From Escherichia phage Baskent_phicoli_1, in sequence record PP766721.1: a stretch of 39,500 nucleotides of DNA; one strand, given 5' to 3'. Both the position numbers and the translations under genes were made by a program. Under the pieces are notes generated by a model. The model saw nothing but the letters and a program-made list of their open reading frames with translations. It did not search any database and was not told the origin of the DNA. Shown here piece after piece: positions 25,709 to 36,236 of the stretch. Every line of letters begins with the position of its first letter. Positions within the stretch are counted from its first letter, which is position 1.

Positions 25709-25730
25709 CTTAACTATCACTATAGGACTC
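25708..25730 (+). promoter_or_regulatory. Phage RNAP promoter immediately upstream of the RNAP gene, +1 G about 25725
   Basis: CTTAACTATCACTATAGGACTC, one or two mismatches to the window consensus, 75 bp before gene 1 ATG. Confidence 0.65.
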
Positions 25731-25799
25731 AAGGTCTAAGACTCCAAGTGAAAGACCAAAGAGACTTTAAGTGAAAGACTAATAACAAGGACTTTAAGT

Positions 25800-28481
25800 A
25801 TGAGCGTCATCTCTATTGACAAACACGACTTCTCTGATGTGTCAAACGCCATTGAGCCGTTTAACCTGCTGGCCGACCACTACGGGCAAGACCTTGCAGT
25901 CAAACAGCTTCAGCTTGAGCATGAGGCATACACTGAAGGCGAGCGACGTTTCATCAAAAACCTTGAGCGACAGACTGAGCGCGGGGAACTGGCAGACAAT
26001 CAGGTCGCCAAGCCTTTGATGCAGACTCTGGTTCCTAAGATTGCGCAAGCCGTCAGGGAGTGGCACGAAGGTCCAGACGGGAAGCTGTCAACCTCTCGTC
26101 CGAGCGTAGCGTTCACCATGTTGAGCACTGAAGAGAAGGCCGTCAAGGACCGCTCTATGCGTATCTCCTGTGAGTCTGCTGCGGTCATCATACTGAAGGT
26201 CATACTCTCCAAGCTGGTCAAGCCTGAAGGTATACCGATTACACCGATGGCCTCAGCGATAGGTCGCACACTTGAGGACGAAATCCGCTTCGGTCGCATC
26301 CGTGACAAGGAGAAGGAGCATTTCAAGAAGGCGATAGCTGAGAACTTGAACAAGCGAGCTGGGGTATCCTACAAGAAAGCCTACATGCAAGCTGTCGAGG
26401 CATCCATGCTGGAGCAAGGCCAACTGGAAGATGCATGGGGAACTTGGAGTCCGACCGAGGCTGTCCACGTTGGAATCAAGATGCTTGAGATCGTCATCCA
26501 GTCAACACAGCTGGTCGAGCTTAAGCGTTATGGTGCTGGCAATGCAGCAGCTGACGTCGAGATGGTCCACCTGACAGACTTCTGGGTCAAGAAGATGGCA
26601 CAACGAGGATTCAGCCTTGCGGGTATCGCTCCAGTCTACCAGCCTTGCGTAGTTCCACCTAAGCCGTGGACTGGTGTAGTGGGAGGTGGATACTGGGCCA
26701 AAGGTCGCAGACCGTTGCCATTGATTCGCTTAGGGTCTAAGTCTGCGGTGGCACGTTATGAAGACGTATACATGCCTGAAGTCTATGACGCTGTGAATAT
26801 CATCCAGAATACACCTTGGAAAGTGAACAAGAAGGTTCTGGACGTGGTGAACATGGTCGAGAAGTTGAACAACACGCCTATTGATGACATCCCTCAGATG
26901 GAGCCACTGAAGCCTGAAGACTATGCGGGCGAGACTGAAGAGGAACTCAAGGCATGGAAGAAAGCTGCTGCTGGTATCTACCGCCGAGAGAAGGCCCGGC
27001 AGTCACGCAGATTGTCACTAAGCTTTATCGTCAACCAAGCGAACAAATTCTCTCAGTTCAAGGCCATCTGGTTCCCGTACAACATGGACTGGCGCGGACG
27101 CGTCTACGCTGTTCCGATGTTCAACCCTCAGGGTAACGACATGCAAAAAGGGCTCCTTACTCTGGCAGTCGGCAAGCCCATTGGTGCCGATGGTTTTAAA
27201 TGGCTGAAGGTCCACGGTGCAAACTGCGCGGGTATTGATAAAGTCACCTTCGAGGAGCGCATCAAGTGGGTGGAAGACAACCACGACAACATCATGGCTG
27301 CTGCTAAGGCACCGATGGACAGCATTGAGTGGTGGGGAAAGTTAGACTCTCCATTCTGCTTCCTAGCGTTCTGCTTCGAGTATGCTGGCGTAATGCACCA
27401 CGGATTGTCTTACTCCTGCTCGCTGCCGATAGCGTTCGATGGGTCATGCTCTGGGATTCAACACTTTAGCGCGATGCTTCGTGATCACATCGGTGGACAT
27501 GCAGTAAACCTGACGCCTTCAGGTAAGGTCCAAGACATCTACCGCATCGTGTCTGACCGCATTGAGGAAGAGCTTAAAGTCCTGCTGGTTAAGGGCACGG
27601 ACAACGAGGTGGTCACTCACGAGGACAAGAAAACTGGTGAGATTACCGAACGTCTCAAGCTGGGGACACGAGAGCTGGCCCGTCAGTGGCTGACTTACGG
27701 TATGTCACGCAAGGTCACTAAGCGCTCAGTCATGACTCTGGCCTACGGGTCGAAAGAGTATGGCTTCGCAGACCAAGTTTACGAGGACATCGTGATGCCA
27801 GCGATTGACTCAGGGTCTGGCGCTATGTTCACCGAACCAAGCCAAGCGTCCCGCTTCATGGCTAAGATGATTTGGGAAGCTGTGAGCGTGACCGTAGTTG
27901 CTGCTGTTGACGCGATGAAGTGGCTTCAGGGTGCTGCCAAGCTGCTGGCTGCTGAAGTGAAGGACAAGAAGACTGGAGAAATCCTGAAGCCTTGCCTTCC
28001 GGTACACTGGGTCACACCTGATGGTTTCCCTGTCTGGCAGGAATACCGCAAGAAGGATACCACTCGTCTGAACCTGATGTTCTTAGGGTCATTCAACCTT
28101 CAACCTACGGTCAACAAGGGCACGAAGAAAGAGCTGGACAAGCACAAGCAGGAGTCAGGCATTAGCCCGAACTTCGTCCACTCACAAGATGGGAGCCACC
28201 TACGCAAGACTGTAGTCCACACTCACCGCAAGTATGGTGTTATGTCATTCGCAGTGATTCACGATAGCTTCGGGACCATCCCGGCTGACGCTGAGTATCT
28301 GTTCCGTGGTGTCCGTGAGACGATGGTCGAGACCTACCGCGACAACGACGTGCTGCTTGACTTCTACGAGCAGTTCGAATACCAGCTTCATGAGAGCCAG
28401 CGCGACAAGTTGCCCGAGCTTCCGAAGAAAGGTAAACTGAACATCGAAGACATTCTGTCTTCAGACTTTGCATTCGCTTAA
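25800..28481 (+). CDS. gp1: Single-subunit DNA-dependent RNA polymerase, gene 1
   Basis: 893 aa; collinear with T7 RNAP throughout (NxAKxDFSD, PFNxLADHYG, FPYNMDWRGRVYAV, MFNPQGNDMxKGLLTLA, DGSCSGIQHFSAMLRD, VTKRSVMTLAYGSKE, VHWVTPDGFPVWQEY, HKQESGIxPNFVHSQDGSHLRKTV, IHDSFGTIPADA, FAFA C-terminus). Confidence 0.98.
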   Translation: MSVISIDKHDFSDVSNAIEPFNLLADHYGQDLAVKQLQLEHEAYTEGERRFIKNLERQTERGELADNQVAKPLMQTLVPKIAQAVREWHEGPDGKLSTSRPSVAFTMLSTEEKAVKDRSMRISCESAAVIILKVILSKLVKPEGIPITPMASAIGRTLEDEIRFGRIRDKEKEHFKKAIAENLNKRAGVSYKKAYMQAVEASMLEQGQLEDAWGTWSPTEAVHVGIKMLEIVIQSTQLVELKRYGAGNAAADVEMVHLTDFWVKKMAQRGFSLAGIAPVYQPCVVPPKPWTGVVGGGYWAKGRRPLPLIRLGSKSAVARYEDVYMPEVYDAVNIIQNTPWKVNKKVLDVVNMVEKLNNTPIDDIPQMEPLKPEDYAGETEEELKAWKKAAAGIYRREKARQSRRLSLSFIVNQANKFSQFKAIWFPYNMDWRGRVYAVPMFNPQGNDMQKGLLTLAVGKPIGADGFKWLKVHGANCAGIDKVTFEERIKWVEDNHDNIMAAAKAPMDSIEWWGKLDSPFCFLAFCFEYAGVMHHGLSYSCSLPIAFDGSCSGIQHFSAMLRDHIGGHAVNLTPSGKVQDIYRIVSDRIEEELKVLLVKGTDNEVVTHEDKKTGEITERLKLGTRELARQWLTYGMSRKVTKRSVMTLAYGSKEYGFADQVYEDIVMPAIDSGSGAMFTEPSQASRFMAKMIWEAVSVTVVAAVDAMKWLQGAAKLLAAEVKDKKTGEILKPCLPVHWVTPDGFPVWQEYRKKDTTRLNLMFLGSFNLQPTVNKGTKKELDKHKQESGISPNFVHSQDGSHLRKTVVHTHRKYGVMSFAVIHDSFGTIPADAEYLFRGVRETMVETYRDNDVLLDFYEQFEYQLHESQRDKLPELPKKGKLNIEDILSSDFAFA

Positions 28482-28493
28482 CAGGAGAGAGTT

Positions 28494-28709
28494 ATGAAAT
28501 TTGCACACAAGCAGACTGGCGTTAAGGGTGGGACTCAAATCGTTACCGTAACAGAACACAACGGCAAGGGTCTGGTGAAGACCACAATCATCCCTACCGA
28601 GATGTCAAAGCAGCTTAACATCCCGTTCAAGACTCTTGTATATCTGGTCGAGTCCAGCCACGAGAAGTACCTGAAGGACGCAGTGTCCAAGCTGGAGCAG
28701 GCAAAATGA
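28494..28709 (+). CDS. Hypothetical early protein (71 aa)
   Basis: ORF 13 bp after gene 1 with AGGAG SD; no phage promoter between it and gene 1. Confidence 0.55.
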   Translation: MKFAHKQTGVKGGTQIVTVTEHNGKGLVKTTIIPTEMSKQLNIPFKTLVYLVESSHEKYLKDAVSKLEQAK

Positions 28710-28783
28710 CATACCTACAGTTACTGGCCATGTGGCTGGGAGCACTTGCAGTATTCACTTTAATCCAACGAAGAAGAGGTTAA
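28706..28783 (+). CDS. Tiny hydrophobic peptide (25 aa), tentative
   Basis: MTYLQLLAMWLGALAVFTLIQRRRG; ATG overlaps preceding stop (ATGA). Confidence 0.3.
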   Translation: MTYLQLLAMWLGALAVFTLIQRRRG

Positions 28784-28787
28784 CCCT

Positions 28788-29258
28788 ATGTTCGGTAAGT
28801 CAAAACTTAAAGCACAAATCAAAGAGTTGAGCATGAAGGTGGCATACTTGGAGCGAGCCATAAAGGTACGGGACTATGACAACGAGAGACTGAAGGCTAA
28901 ACTTGCTGAATCAGAGCGTAAGCGCCTAACGCCACCAGCGGCTGTAACTGTCAAGCGTATGGTCGGCATCAAGTTCAAGGCACTGTTCGACGGTAAGTAT
29001 CAACCGACTGAGTTCAAGACAGGCCCGGGACCATGTGGCAAGACGGTGACGCACTTCACCATAAGTTGGACAGAGCGAAGTATGACCGTCCACCAGCATC
29101 ATACGGATGGCTCTCAGAAGGACTTCGTGTACCGACTGAGCGACATCGACGGTCGAATACAGTATGACTACGAGCAAGTTAAAATCTACGGAGAAGAGGC
29201 CAAACGTGAGTCAGCGCTTCAGGCATTCATGCGGATAGGGCCGCGCATCCTATTCTAA
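28788..29258 (+). CDS. Hypothetical early protein (156 aa), helical/charged N-terminus
   Basis: ORF with GAAGAGG SD; absent from T7 at this position. Confidence 0.6.
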   Translation: MFGKSKLKAQIKELSMKVAYLERAIKVRDYDNERLKAKLAESERKRLTPPAAVTVKRMVGIKFKALFDGKYQPTEFKTGPGPCGKTVTHFTISWTERSMTVHQHHTDGSQKDFVYRLSDIDGRIQYDYEQVKIYGEEAKRESALQAFMRIGPRILF

Positions 29259-29276
29259 ACTATCACTATAGGATTA
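29254..29276 (+). promoter_or_regulatory. Phage RNAP promoter (phi1.1-like), +1 G about 29271
   Basis: TAAACTATCACTATAGGATT. Confidence 0.75.
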
Positions 29277-29318
29277 GACTCAAGGTCATGACTCAAAGTC
29301 GTGGCCTTCATGATTAAC
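29273..29318 (+). promoter_or_regulatory. Conserved structured element (putative RNase III site, R1.1-like)
   Basis: TAGACTCAAGGTCAT-N11-GTGGCCTTCATGATTA. Confidence 0.55.
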
Positions 29319-29366
29319 CCTGTAGCAAAGCTACTACCTAACGTAAACTACTGGAGATTTAACCAC

Positions 29367-29546
29367 ATGTATCAAAACACTATCAACTTCGAGCGCATCC
29401 GTGAACGTCAGCAGACTGAAGGTTACATTCCTAAGGGCCGCAAGCTGAACAAGACTAAACGTGGTGGTGGTATCAAAGGCGCTTTCCGAAACGCTGAAGG
29501 TAAAGACTCTCTGGTCAACCAAGAGAAATACTTCGTAGGAGTGTAA
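29367..29546 (+). CDS. gp1.1: gp1.1-like small basic protein (ORF-track start 29301 lies inside the RNase III-like element; ATG 29367 preferred)
   Basis: KGRKLNKTKR motif as in remembered T7 gp1.1; start choice is inference. Confidence 0.55.
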   Translation: MYQNTINFERIRERQQTEGYIPKGRKLNKTKRGGGIKGAFRNAEGKDSLVNQEKYFVGV

Positions 29547-29549
29547 GCC

Positions 29550-29801
29550 ATGAGTAAACGTTGGTTATTCGACGCATCCCCGAGCCAGTGGTCAGTGTTA
29601 GGCCGGACTCACCGCGAGATGAGTGAGGCAGGACTTGATGTCCTAATGGATGACTCGCCGTGCTCCGGAAAAACTCTGGTCAGAATAATTGAAGCAGACG
29701 GTGGGAGGTTTCTGGTCTCCAGAGAATTTACCGAAGATGAAATCTTTAGCTGTGAGCAATGGTGCTTACAACAATTGAACGCTTATAGGAGCTGGAAATA
29801 A
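29550..29801 (+). CDS. gp1.2: gp1.2-like protein (dGTPase inhibitor position)
   Basis: 83 aa, same size and position as T7 gp1.2, ends ...WK; similarity is weak by eye. Confidence 0.5.
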   Translation: MSKRWLFDASPSQWSVLGRTHREMSEAGLDVLMDDSPCSGKTLVRIIEADGGRFLVSREFTEDEIFSCEQWCLQQLNAYRSWK

Positions 29802-30919
29802 TGACAACTATTAAAACCAACCCGCACCGCGCTGTAGATTACTCTGAGTATGGCATTAAGAAGGCGCTGGAAGCAGCCGGGTCTCTGGAAGCTGAAGTGA
29901 AGTACGATGGTGTGCGGTTGAACCTTCCAGTATTCCCAACAGGAGAGACCCAATGGTTGAGCCGTGAGTCCAAAGAGCTTCCAGCGCTTCAGCATCTGAA
30001 GTCAGAACATGGGAGTCCTACCGAATTAACAAACTGTGGAGACTGGCGATGGTTCCTTAAACAGGCTGGCTACGAAGGTACGGGCCTGATGATTGACGGT
30101 GAGGTCATGGTTCCTGCAACCGACTTCAACACTTCCTCAGGTCTAGTCCGTACCATGTGGTCAGACACTAAGAACTACGCTTGGAATGGCAACCCAGATG
30201 CTGACATCGACACCAAGAAGAAGCATAAGGTCCCTTTCCATCTGGCAACCGACCACATCCGTGTGGTTGTCTACGGTATCGTAGACCTTAACGTCATCAA
30301 CGACCCGAAAGCAGAAGGACCTATCCATAGCGTAACCCGCCTGAAGGCCGAAGCTATCGTCCCTCTCCTGCAGAAATACTTCCCGGAAATCGACTGGGTT
30401 CTGTCTGAGTCACACACGGTCTATGACCTTGAGTCGCTCAACTCCCTGTACGAAGAGAAGCGTCTGGAAGGACATGAGGGTCTGGTAGTCAAGGACCCAC
30501 TTGGTAAATACAAGCGTGGCAAGAAGTCTGGTATGTGGAAAATGAAGCCTGAAGACACCATTGACGGTATCGTGGTCGGACTGAATTGGGGGACTGAAGG
30601 TCTCGCAAACGAAGGTAAAGTGATTGGGTTCGACGTACTGCTTGAGAACGGTATGGTAGTGGCCGCTAACAATATCTCTCAGGCCCTGATGGATGAGTTC
30701 ACCGAAGCGGTTAAAGCTGAACGTGCCTATATTTGGAATGACTGCATGACTGATATTGAGCGGGAAGAATGTGATGATGAATGTCTTGAGGATGTGAACC
30801 CCTACAAAGGACATCAATGCGAAGTCTCCTACATGGAGATGACACCAGATGGTTCCTTACGTCACCCTAGCTTCAAGTGCTGGCGCGGGACGGAAGATAA
30901 CCCGACCATTAAGAGCTAA
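29801..30919 (+). CDS. gp1.3: ATP-dependent DNA ligase, gene 1.3
   Basis: 372 aa; IKTNP, AExKYDGVR (active-site lysine motif), EGHEGLxVKDP, YKRGKKSGxWKMKPE, WGTxGLANEGKVIGFxVLLE, TPDGSLRHPSF, RGTEDNP match T7 ligase. Confidence 0.95.
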   Translation: MTTIKTNPHRAVDYSEYGIKKALEAAGSLEAEVKYDGVRLNLPVFPTGETQWLSRESKELPALQHLKSEHGSPTELTNCGDWRWFLKQAGYEGTGLMIDGEVMVPATDFNTSSGLVRTMWSDTKNYAWNGNPDADIDTKKKHKVPFHLATDHIRVVVYGIVDLNVINDPKAEGPIHSVTRLKAEAIVPLLQKYFPEIDWVLSESHTVYDLESLNSLYEEKRLEGHEGLVVKDPLGKYKRGKKSGMWKMKPEDTIDGIVVGLNWGTEGLANEGKVIGFDVLLENGMVVAANNISQALMDEFTEAVKAERAYIWNDCMTDIEREECDDECLEDVNPYKGHQCEVSYMEMTPDGSLRHPSFKCWRGTEDNPTIKS

Positions 30920-30928
30920 CTAAATGTC

Positions 30929-30960
30929 AACCCAGTGGTCTTAGGACTACTGGGTTTCTT
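30929..30960 (+). terminator. Intrinsic terminator (TE-like) after the ligase gene
   Basis: AACCCAGT...ACTGGGTT 8-bp stem with 12-nt loop followed by TCTTT; same position as T7 TE. Confidence 0.7.
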
Positions 30961-30983
30961 TACGTCTAGGACACCAGCTAGAC

Positions 30984-31006
30984 CCTAAGCTATCACTATA
31001 GGACAA
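30984..31006 (+). promoter_or_regulatory. Phage RNAP promoter variant, +1 G about 31001
   Basis: CTAAGCTATCACTATAGGACAA (G at -12). Confidence 0.65.
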
Positions 31007-31030
31007 CCATCAACAACCTAAGGAGACTCT

Positions 31031-31291
31031 ATGTCTAAGAACTTAATGTTCAACCGTTATTCCAATACCTTCCACCTGTCCAACAACCCGTTCGCTTGCA
31101 TTAAGAGAAACGAGAAGCTGGGCTACTTCGGTAAGGCCGTTAAGCTGTCACCTACAGTATTCGCTCTGATTACTCCGGGCAAAGCTGAAGAGGCTCGCCA
31201 GAAGCGTGAGACAAATGTGCCCGTGGTCTACACCAAGTGGCCCCGCGTTCGTCTGTTCGTTGAGTTCGTGAAGGAGGTGATAAATGATTAA
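31031..31291 (+). CDS. Hypothetical protein (gene 1.4-1.6 region)
   Basis: 86 aa ORF with AAGGAG SD; synteny only. Confidence 0.55.
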   Translation: MSKNLMFNRYSNTFHLSNNPFACIKRNEKLGYFGKAVKLSPTVFALITPGKAEEARQKRETNVPVVYTKWPRVRLFVEFVKEVIND

Positions 31292-31727
31292 GGTGGGGGA
31301 TATAGTTAAATATGTTGGACCAATTAACACCCACAGAGGACGCTCATGTGGCAAGGTGATAATGGTTAAAAATGAGCACATAGCTGTTGTTAAGTGGCCC
31401 CGTTTATCTGAACCACTTAGTCACTCCATTAGTGCCTTAAGTATTACCAATCAGGATCAGGCCGAGCCGACAACCGTAGGTCATGAAGATATCGTCCGCA
31501 AGCCATCCCACTATCAGGTCTTTGACGGTGTTGAGTCCATTGAGATTATAGCTCGGTCCATGACCATGAGCGAGTTCCGTGGGTTCTGCATGGGTAACGT
31601 CCTGAAGTATCGACTACGGGCTGGTAAGAAGTCCGAGCTGGCTACTATGGAGAAGGACCTGAACAAAGCAGCCTTCTATCAGGAGCTGTTCGACCTGCAT
31701 AAAGGTAAGTGCTATGCTGCCGAGTGA
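31284..31727 (+). CDS. gp1.7: Nucleotide kinase gp1.7 homolog
   Basis: C-terminal half KPSHYxxFDxxExIExIARSMTxxxFxGxCxGNxLKYRLRAGKKSELAxxEKDLxKAxFYxELFxxHKxKCYA matches T7 gp1.7. Confidence 0.8.
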   Translation: MIKVGDIVKYVGPINTHRGRSCGKVIMVKNEHIAVVKWPRLSEPLSHSISALSITNQDQAEPTTVGHEDIVRKPSHYQVFDGVESIEIIARSMTMSEFRGFCMGNVLKYRLRAGKKSELATMEKDLNKAAFYQELFDLHKGKCYAAE

Positions 31728-31921
31728 GTGGTGCCGGGGGATGTATGAGAAGACTCTCAACCCAGACTACATTACGTTATACAACCAATGGAAGGAGCGC
31801 GGTTTATGAACCAAGACCAGATTAACTTTGTGTGTCAGCTTATTAAGGAGTTCGTGGACTTCACTGATTTATCCGAAGATGAACTTGTTAAGCTGGAAGA
31901 GATTCTAGACAAGGAGATTTT

Positions 31922-32080
31922 ATGAGTGACGCCGAGAAGAAATACATCGTTGAGCTTGAGGGCCGCACTCAGTACTTCGAGGTTCCTGTGTACGCAAAGT
32001 CTCTTGAAGAGGCTACCCTGAAGTCCCAAGAGTATGAGGACGCTGGGTTTGTGGTCGGACGGATTCGTCCTGAGACCTAA
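31922..32080 (+). CDS. gp2: Host RNA polymerase inhibitor gp2 homolog
   Basis: 52 aa ORF below track cutoff; [13 protein letters not shown]...[10 protein letters not shown] matches T7 Gp2 FEVPIYAETLDEA...AGFEVTRVRP; AAGGAG SD. Confidence 0.75.
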   Translation: MSDAEKKYIVELEGRTQYFEVPVYAKSLEEATLKSQEYEDAGFVVGRIRPET

Positions 32081-32098
32081 ACTATCACTGTAGGACAG
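32076..32098 (+). promoter_or_regulatory. Phage RNAP promoter variant (phi2.5-like), +1 G about 32093
   Basis: TAAACTATCACTGTAGGACAG (G at -3). Confidence 0.6.
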
Positions 32099-32137
32099 AC
32101 GTCCAGTTCGTAACTTTAAATTAGGAGATTTACACCG

Positions 32138-32836
32138 ATGGCTAAAGAGCAACTGAAGACTTTCACCACTCCGGTAGCTGGTATCGTTGAGCCTTACGCA
32201 TGGCTGAACAAAGCAGACACCAAGTTTAACGAGCGTGGTGAGCATAAGGTTAACCTGACTTTCAGTCTGGATGACCCGAAGGTCCGTAAGATGATTGATG
32301 TCTTACAGAAGATTCACGACGATGCGTATGCGAAAGCACTCGCAGACCACGAGAAGAACCCGCCTCAGGTTCAGCGTGGCAAGAAGCCTATCGAGCCGCG
32401 TGAGGGCGACATGCCGTGGGTTGAGAATGGTGACGGTACTGTTACCATGAAGTTCAAATGCTTTGCGTCTTACCTGAAAGACGGCAAGTCAGAGCCTATC
32501 GTATTACGGTTCTATGACACCGATGCTAAACTCATCCGTGACGTCCCGAATATTGGCGCTGGGTCTAAGCTGAAGGTCAAGTTTAAAGTCCTGCCGTTCA
32601 AGTGGAACGCTGCGACTGGTGCAAGCGTTAAGCTCCAGCTTGAGTCCTGCCTTCTGGTAGAACTGAAGGAGTGGAAAGGTGATGGTGCTGGTGGCGATGG
32701 TGGTTGGGGTGATGATGAAGACCTCGGTACTGGTTACAAAGCGTCAACTGATGGTGACTTCGGGTCGGATGACTTCGGTGACGATGGTTCCGAAGGGGGT
32801 GACGACTCCGGCTCTGGTGGTGATTACGACTTCTAA
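32138..32836 (+). CDS. gp2.5: Single-stranded DNA-binding protein, gene 2.5
   Basis: 232 aa; EPYAWxxKxD, ANPPxVxRGKKP, EGDMPWxxNGDGTxTxKFKC, GSKLKVKF, WNAATGASVKLQLES and acidic tail ending DF as in T7 gp2.5. Confidence 0.95.
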   Translation: MAKEQLKTFTTPVAGIVEPYAWLNKADTKFNERGEHKVNLTFSLDDPKVRKMIDVLQKIHDDAYAKALADHEKNPPQVQRGKKPIEPREGDMPWVENGDGTVTMKFKCFASYLKDGKSEPIVLRFYDTDAKLIRDVPNIGAGSKLKVKFKVLPFKWNAATGASVKLQLESCLLVELKEWKGDGAGGDGGWGDDEDLGTGYKASTDGDFGSDDFGDDGSEGGDDSGSGGDYDF

Positions 32837-33291
32837 TGGCCCAATGGTCTGCAAAACGGGGGCACTCTGTGGGTGCCTACCGCTCTGGACTTGAAGCCAA
32901 GAACCAGCAGTGGCTGGAACAGAATGGCGTCAAAGCGGAGTACGAAAGCCATTATATCAACTATGTGATTCCGGCTTCCGACCACAAGTACACACCAGAC
33001 TTTATCCTTCCTAACGGTATCATCGTTGAGACCAAAGGTATCTTCGATAGTGAAGACCGTAAGAAGCACCTTCTGGTACGAGAACAGCACCCAGAGTTAG
33101 ACATCCGGTTCGTGTTCTCAAGTTCACGCTCCAAGTTATACAAAGGGTCTCCGACCACGTATGGCGCATGGTGCGAAAAGAACGGCTATAAGTATGCCGA
33201 TAAGTTCATCCCGGTTGAGTGGTTGCGAGAGGCGACTGTACGTCTGCCTTCAGGTATACTCATTCCCAAGAAGAAAGGAGTTAAGAAATGA
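32836..33291 (+). CDS. gp3: Endonuclease I (Holliday junction resolvase), gene 3
   Basis: 151 aa; GAxRSGLE, YVIPASxHxYTPDFxLPNGIxVETKG, DRKKHLLxREQHPELDIRxVFSSSRxKLYKGSPTxYG match T7 gp3. Confidence 0.95.
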   Translation: MAQWSAKRGHSVGAYRSGLEAKNQQWLEQNGVKAEYESHYINYVIPASDHKYTPDFILPNGIIVETKGIFDSEDRKKHLLVREQHPELDIRFVFSSSRSKLYKGSPTTYGAWCEKNGYKYADKFIPVEWLREATVRLPSGILIPKKKGVKK

Positions 33292-33779
33292 GCAAGAAGT
33301 TTAAACTGTCAGTAGATACGTGTGGCTGGCCTCGTGGAACTATCGTTACCAAGTGTGAGAAGGCTCCCAGATCCTATCCGCACATGACCCTAGTTGAGTG
33401 CCGTACTCCAGGCCGCTACAAACACGGGTCTAACGGCTACGATACTCAGCCTGATGGTATGTGGGGAGCATGGGTCTATGATCATCAACTTGAGGAAATC
33501 AAGCCGGAAGAGAAACTCACTGGTGTACAGACCACTCAAGTCCTGCCAGCTTCGAGCGTACCGCCTGTGACTGTGAAGCGTGAAGTCCTGACCATCGACA
33601 AGATTGGTGTAGGCCAGACGTTCATCGTCCACGGAAAGCCTGAAGAAGTTTACGTTAAGATTAGCAACTCACACGTCTTCAACCATAAGCGTCTCCAGAT
33701 GCACACCACGGACGCACAACGCTTCACCCAGCACCTGAATCTGGTGGTCGTAGAATTGGTGGTGTACAATGGTAAGTAA
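33288..33779 (+). CDS. Hypothetical protein (163 aa) inserted between endonuclease I and amidase genes
   Basis: ORF overlapping both neighbours by a few bases; no T7 counterpart at this position; no motif recognised. Confidence 0.6.
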   Translation: MSKKFKLSVDTCGWPRGTIVTKCEKAPRSYPHMTLVECRTPGRYKHGSNGYDTQPDGMWGAWVYDHQLEEIKPEEKLTGVQTTQVLPASSVPPVTVKREVLTIDKIGVGQTFIVHGKPEEVYVKISNSHVFNHKRLQMHTTDAQRFTQHLNLVVVELVVYNGK

Positions 33780-34227
33780 GGTACAGTTCAACCCCCGGTC
33801 CCGGACTGACGCTATCTTCGTTCACTGTTCGGCTACCAAGCCAGAGATGGACATCGGGGTAGAGACAATCCGTATGTGGCACAAGCAGCAAGGCTGGCTG
33901 GACGTAGGCTACCACTTTATCATCAAGCGCGATGGCACTGTGGAAGAGGGTCGCCCGGTCAATGTCGTAGGGTCACACGTTAAGGACTGGAACTCCAAGT
34001 CCGTAGGCGTCTGCCTTGTAGGTGGAATCAACGCTAAGGGCAAGTTTGAAGCTAACTTCACTCCGGCTCAGATGAACTCCCTGCGAAACAAGCTGGCTGA
34101 CCTGAAGGCCATGTATCCTCAGGCTGAAATAAAAGCACACCATGACGTAGCGCCAAAGGCGTGTCCAAGTTTCGACTTGCAACGCTGGCTGTCTACCAAC
34201 GAGCTGGTCACTTCCGACCATGGTTAA
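33769..34227 (+). CDS. gp3.5: N-acetylmuramoyl-L-alanine amidase (T7 lysozyme, gene 3.5)
   Basis: 152 aa; TDAIFVHCSATKP, WHKxQGWLDVGYHFIIKRDGTVE, GVCLVGGI, KGKFxANFTPAQM, AHHxVAPKACPSFDL, NELVTSD match T7 gp3.5. Confidence 0.96.
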   Translation: MVSKVQFNPRSRTDAIFVHCSATKPEMDIGVETIRMWHKQQGWLDVGYHFIIKRDGTVEEGRPVNVVGSHVKDWNSKSVGVCLVGGINAKGKFEANFTPAQMNSLRNKLADLKAMYPQAEIKAHHDVAPKACPSFDLQRWLSTNELVTSDHG

Positions 34228-34251
34228 TAAACTCTAAAGGAGAACAACTCA

Positions 34252-34467
34252 ATGATTAAACTTATCGAATTTCTGGGTCGTCTGGTGGTGCGTGGTTATC
34301 GTCGCGCTGCGGCTATGGAACGAAAGGTAGCAGAGAAGTCTGCTGACGGTGCGGCTGATGCTGCTGCTCTGGCTGACAAGCTAACCATCACATCACTGGA
34401 AGCTGGCATGAGGGCGCGTCAAGCTGATACCAAGGCTGACCAGTTGGCCCAGTTCTTCAAAGCCTAA
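34252..34467 (+). CDS. Hypothetical small protein (71 aa)
   Basis: ORF with AAGGAGA SD; Ala-rich; ends QLAQFFKA. Confidence 0.55.
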   Translation: MIKLIEFLGRLVVRGYRRAAAMERKVAEKSADGAADAAALADKLTITSLEAGMRARQADTKADQLAQFFKA

Positions 34468-34485
34468 ACTATCACCTTAGGGATG
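34463..34485 (+). promoter_or_regulatory. Degenerate phage promoter-like sequence upstream of gene 4
   Basis: TAAACTATCACCTTAGGGAT: two mismatches in the -4/-3 melting region. Confidence 0.35.
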
Positions 34486-34532
34486 GGACCATAAGTCCTG
34501 TCCCTCTGTTCGCATTTGTGATTAAGGAGTGA

Positions 34533-36236
<1,704 letters not shown>

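Noticed and set aside
29301-29366. ORF-track start of the gene 1.1-like ORF at 29301 (and the analogous start at 36480 for gene 5)
   Set aside because: These upstream codons lie inside the conserved GTGGCCTT(C/T)ATGATTA structured element; downstream ATGs with Shine-Dalgarno sequences are more plausible starts
29277-29366. Replication origin downstream of the phi1.1-like promoter, as in T7
   Set aside because: The region is not noticeably AT-rich here and I cannot identify origin features by eye; left unannotated
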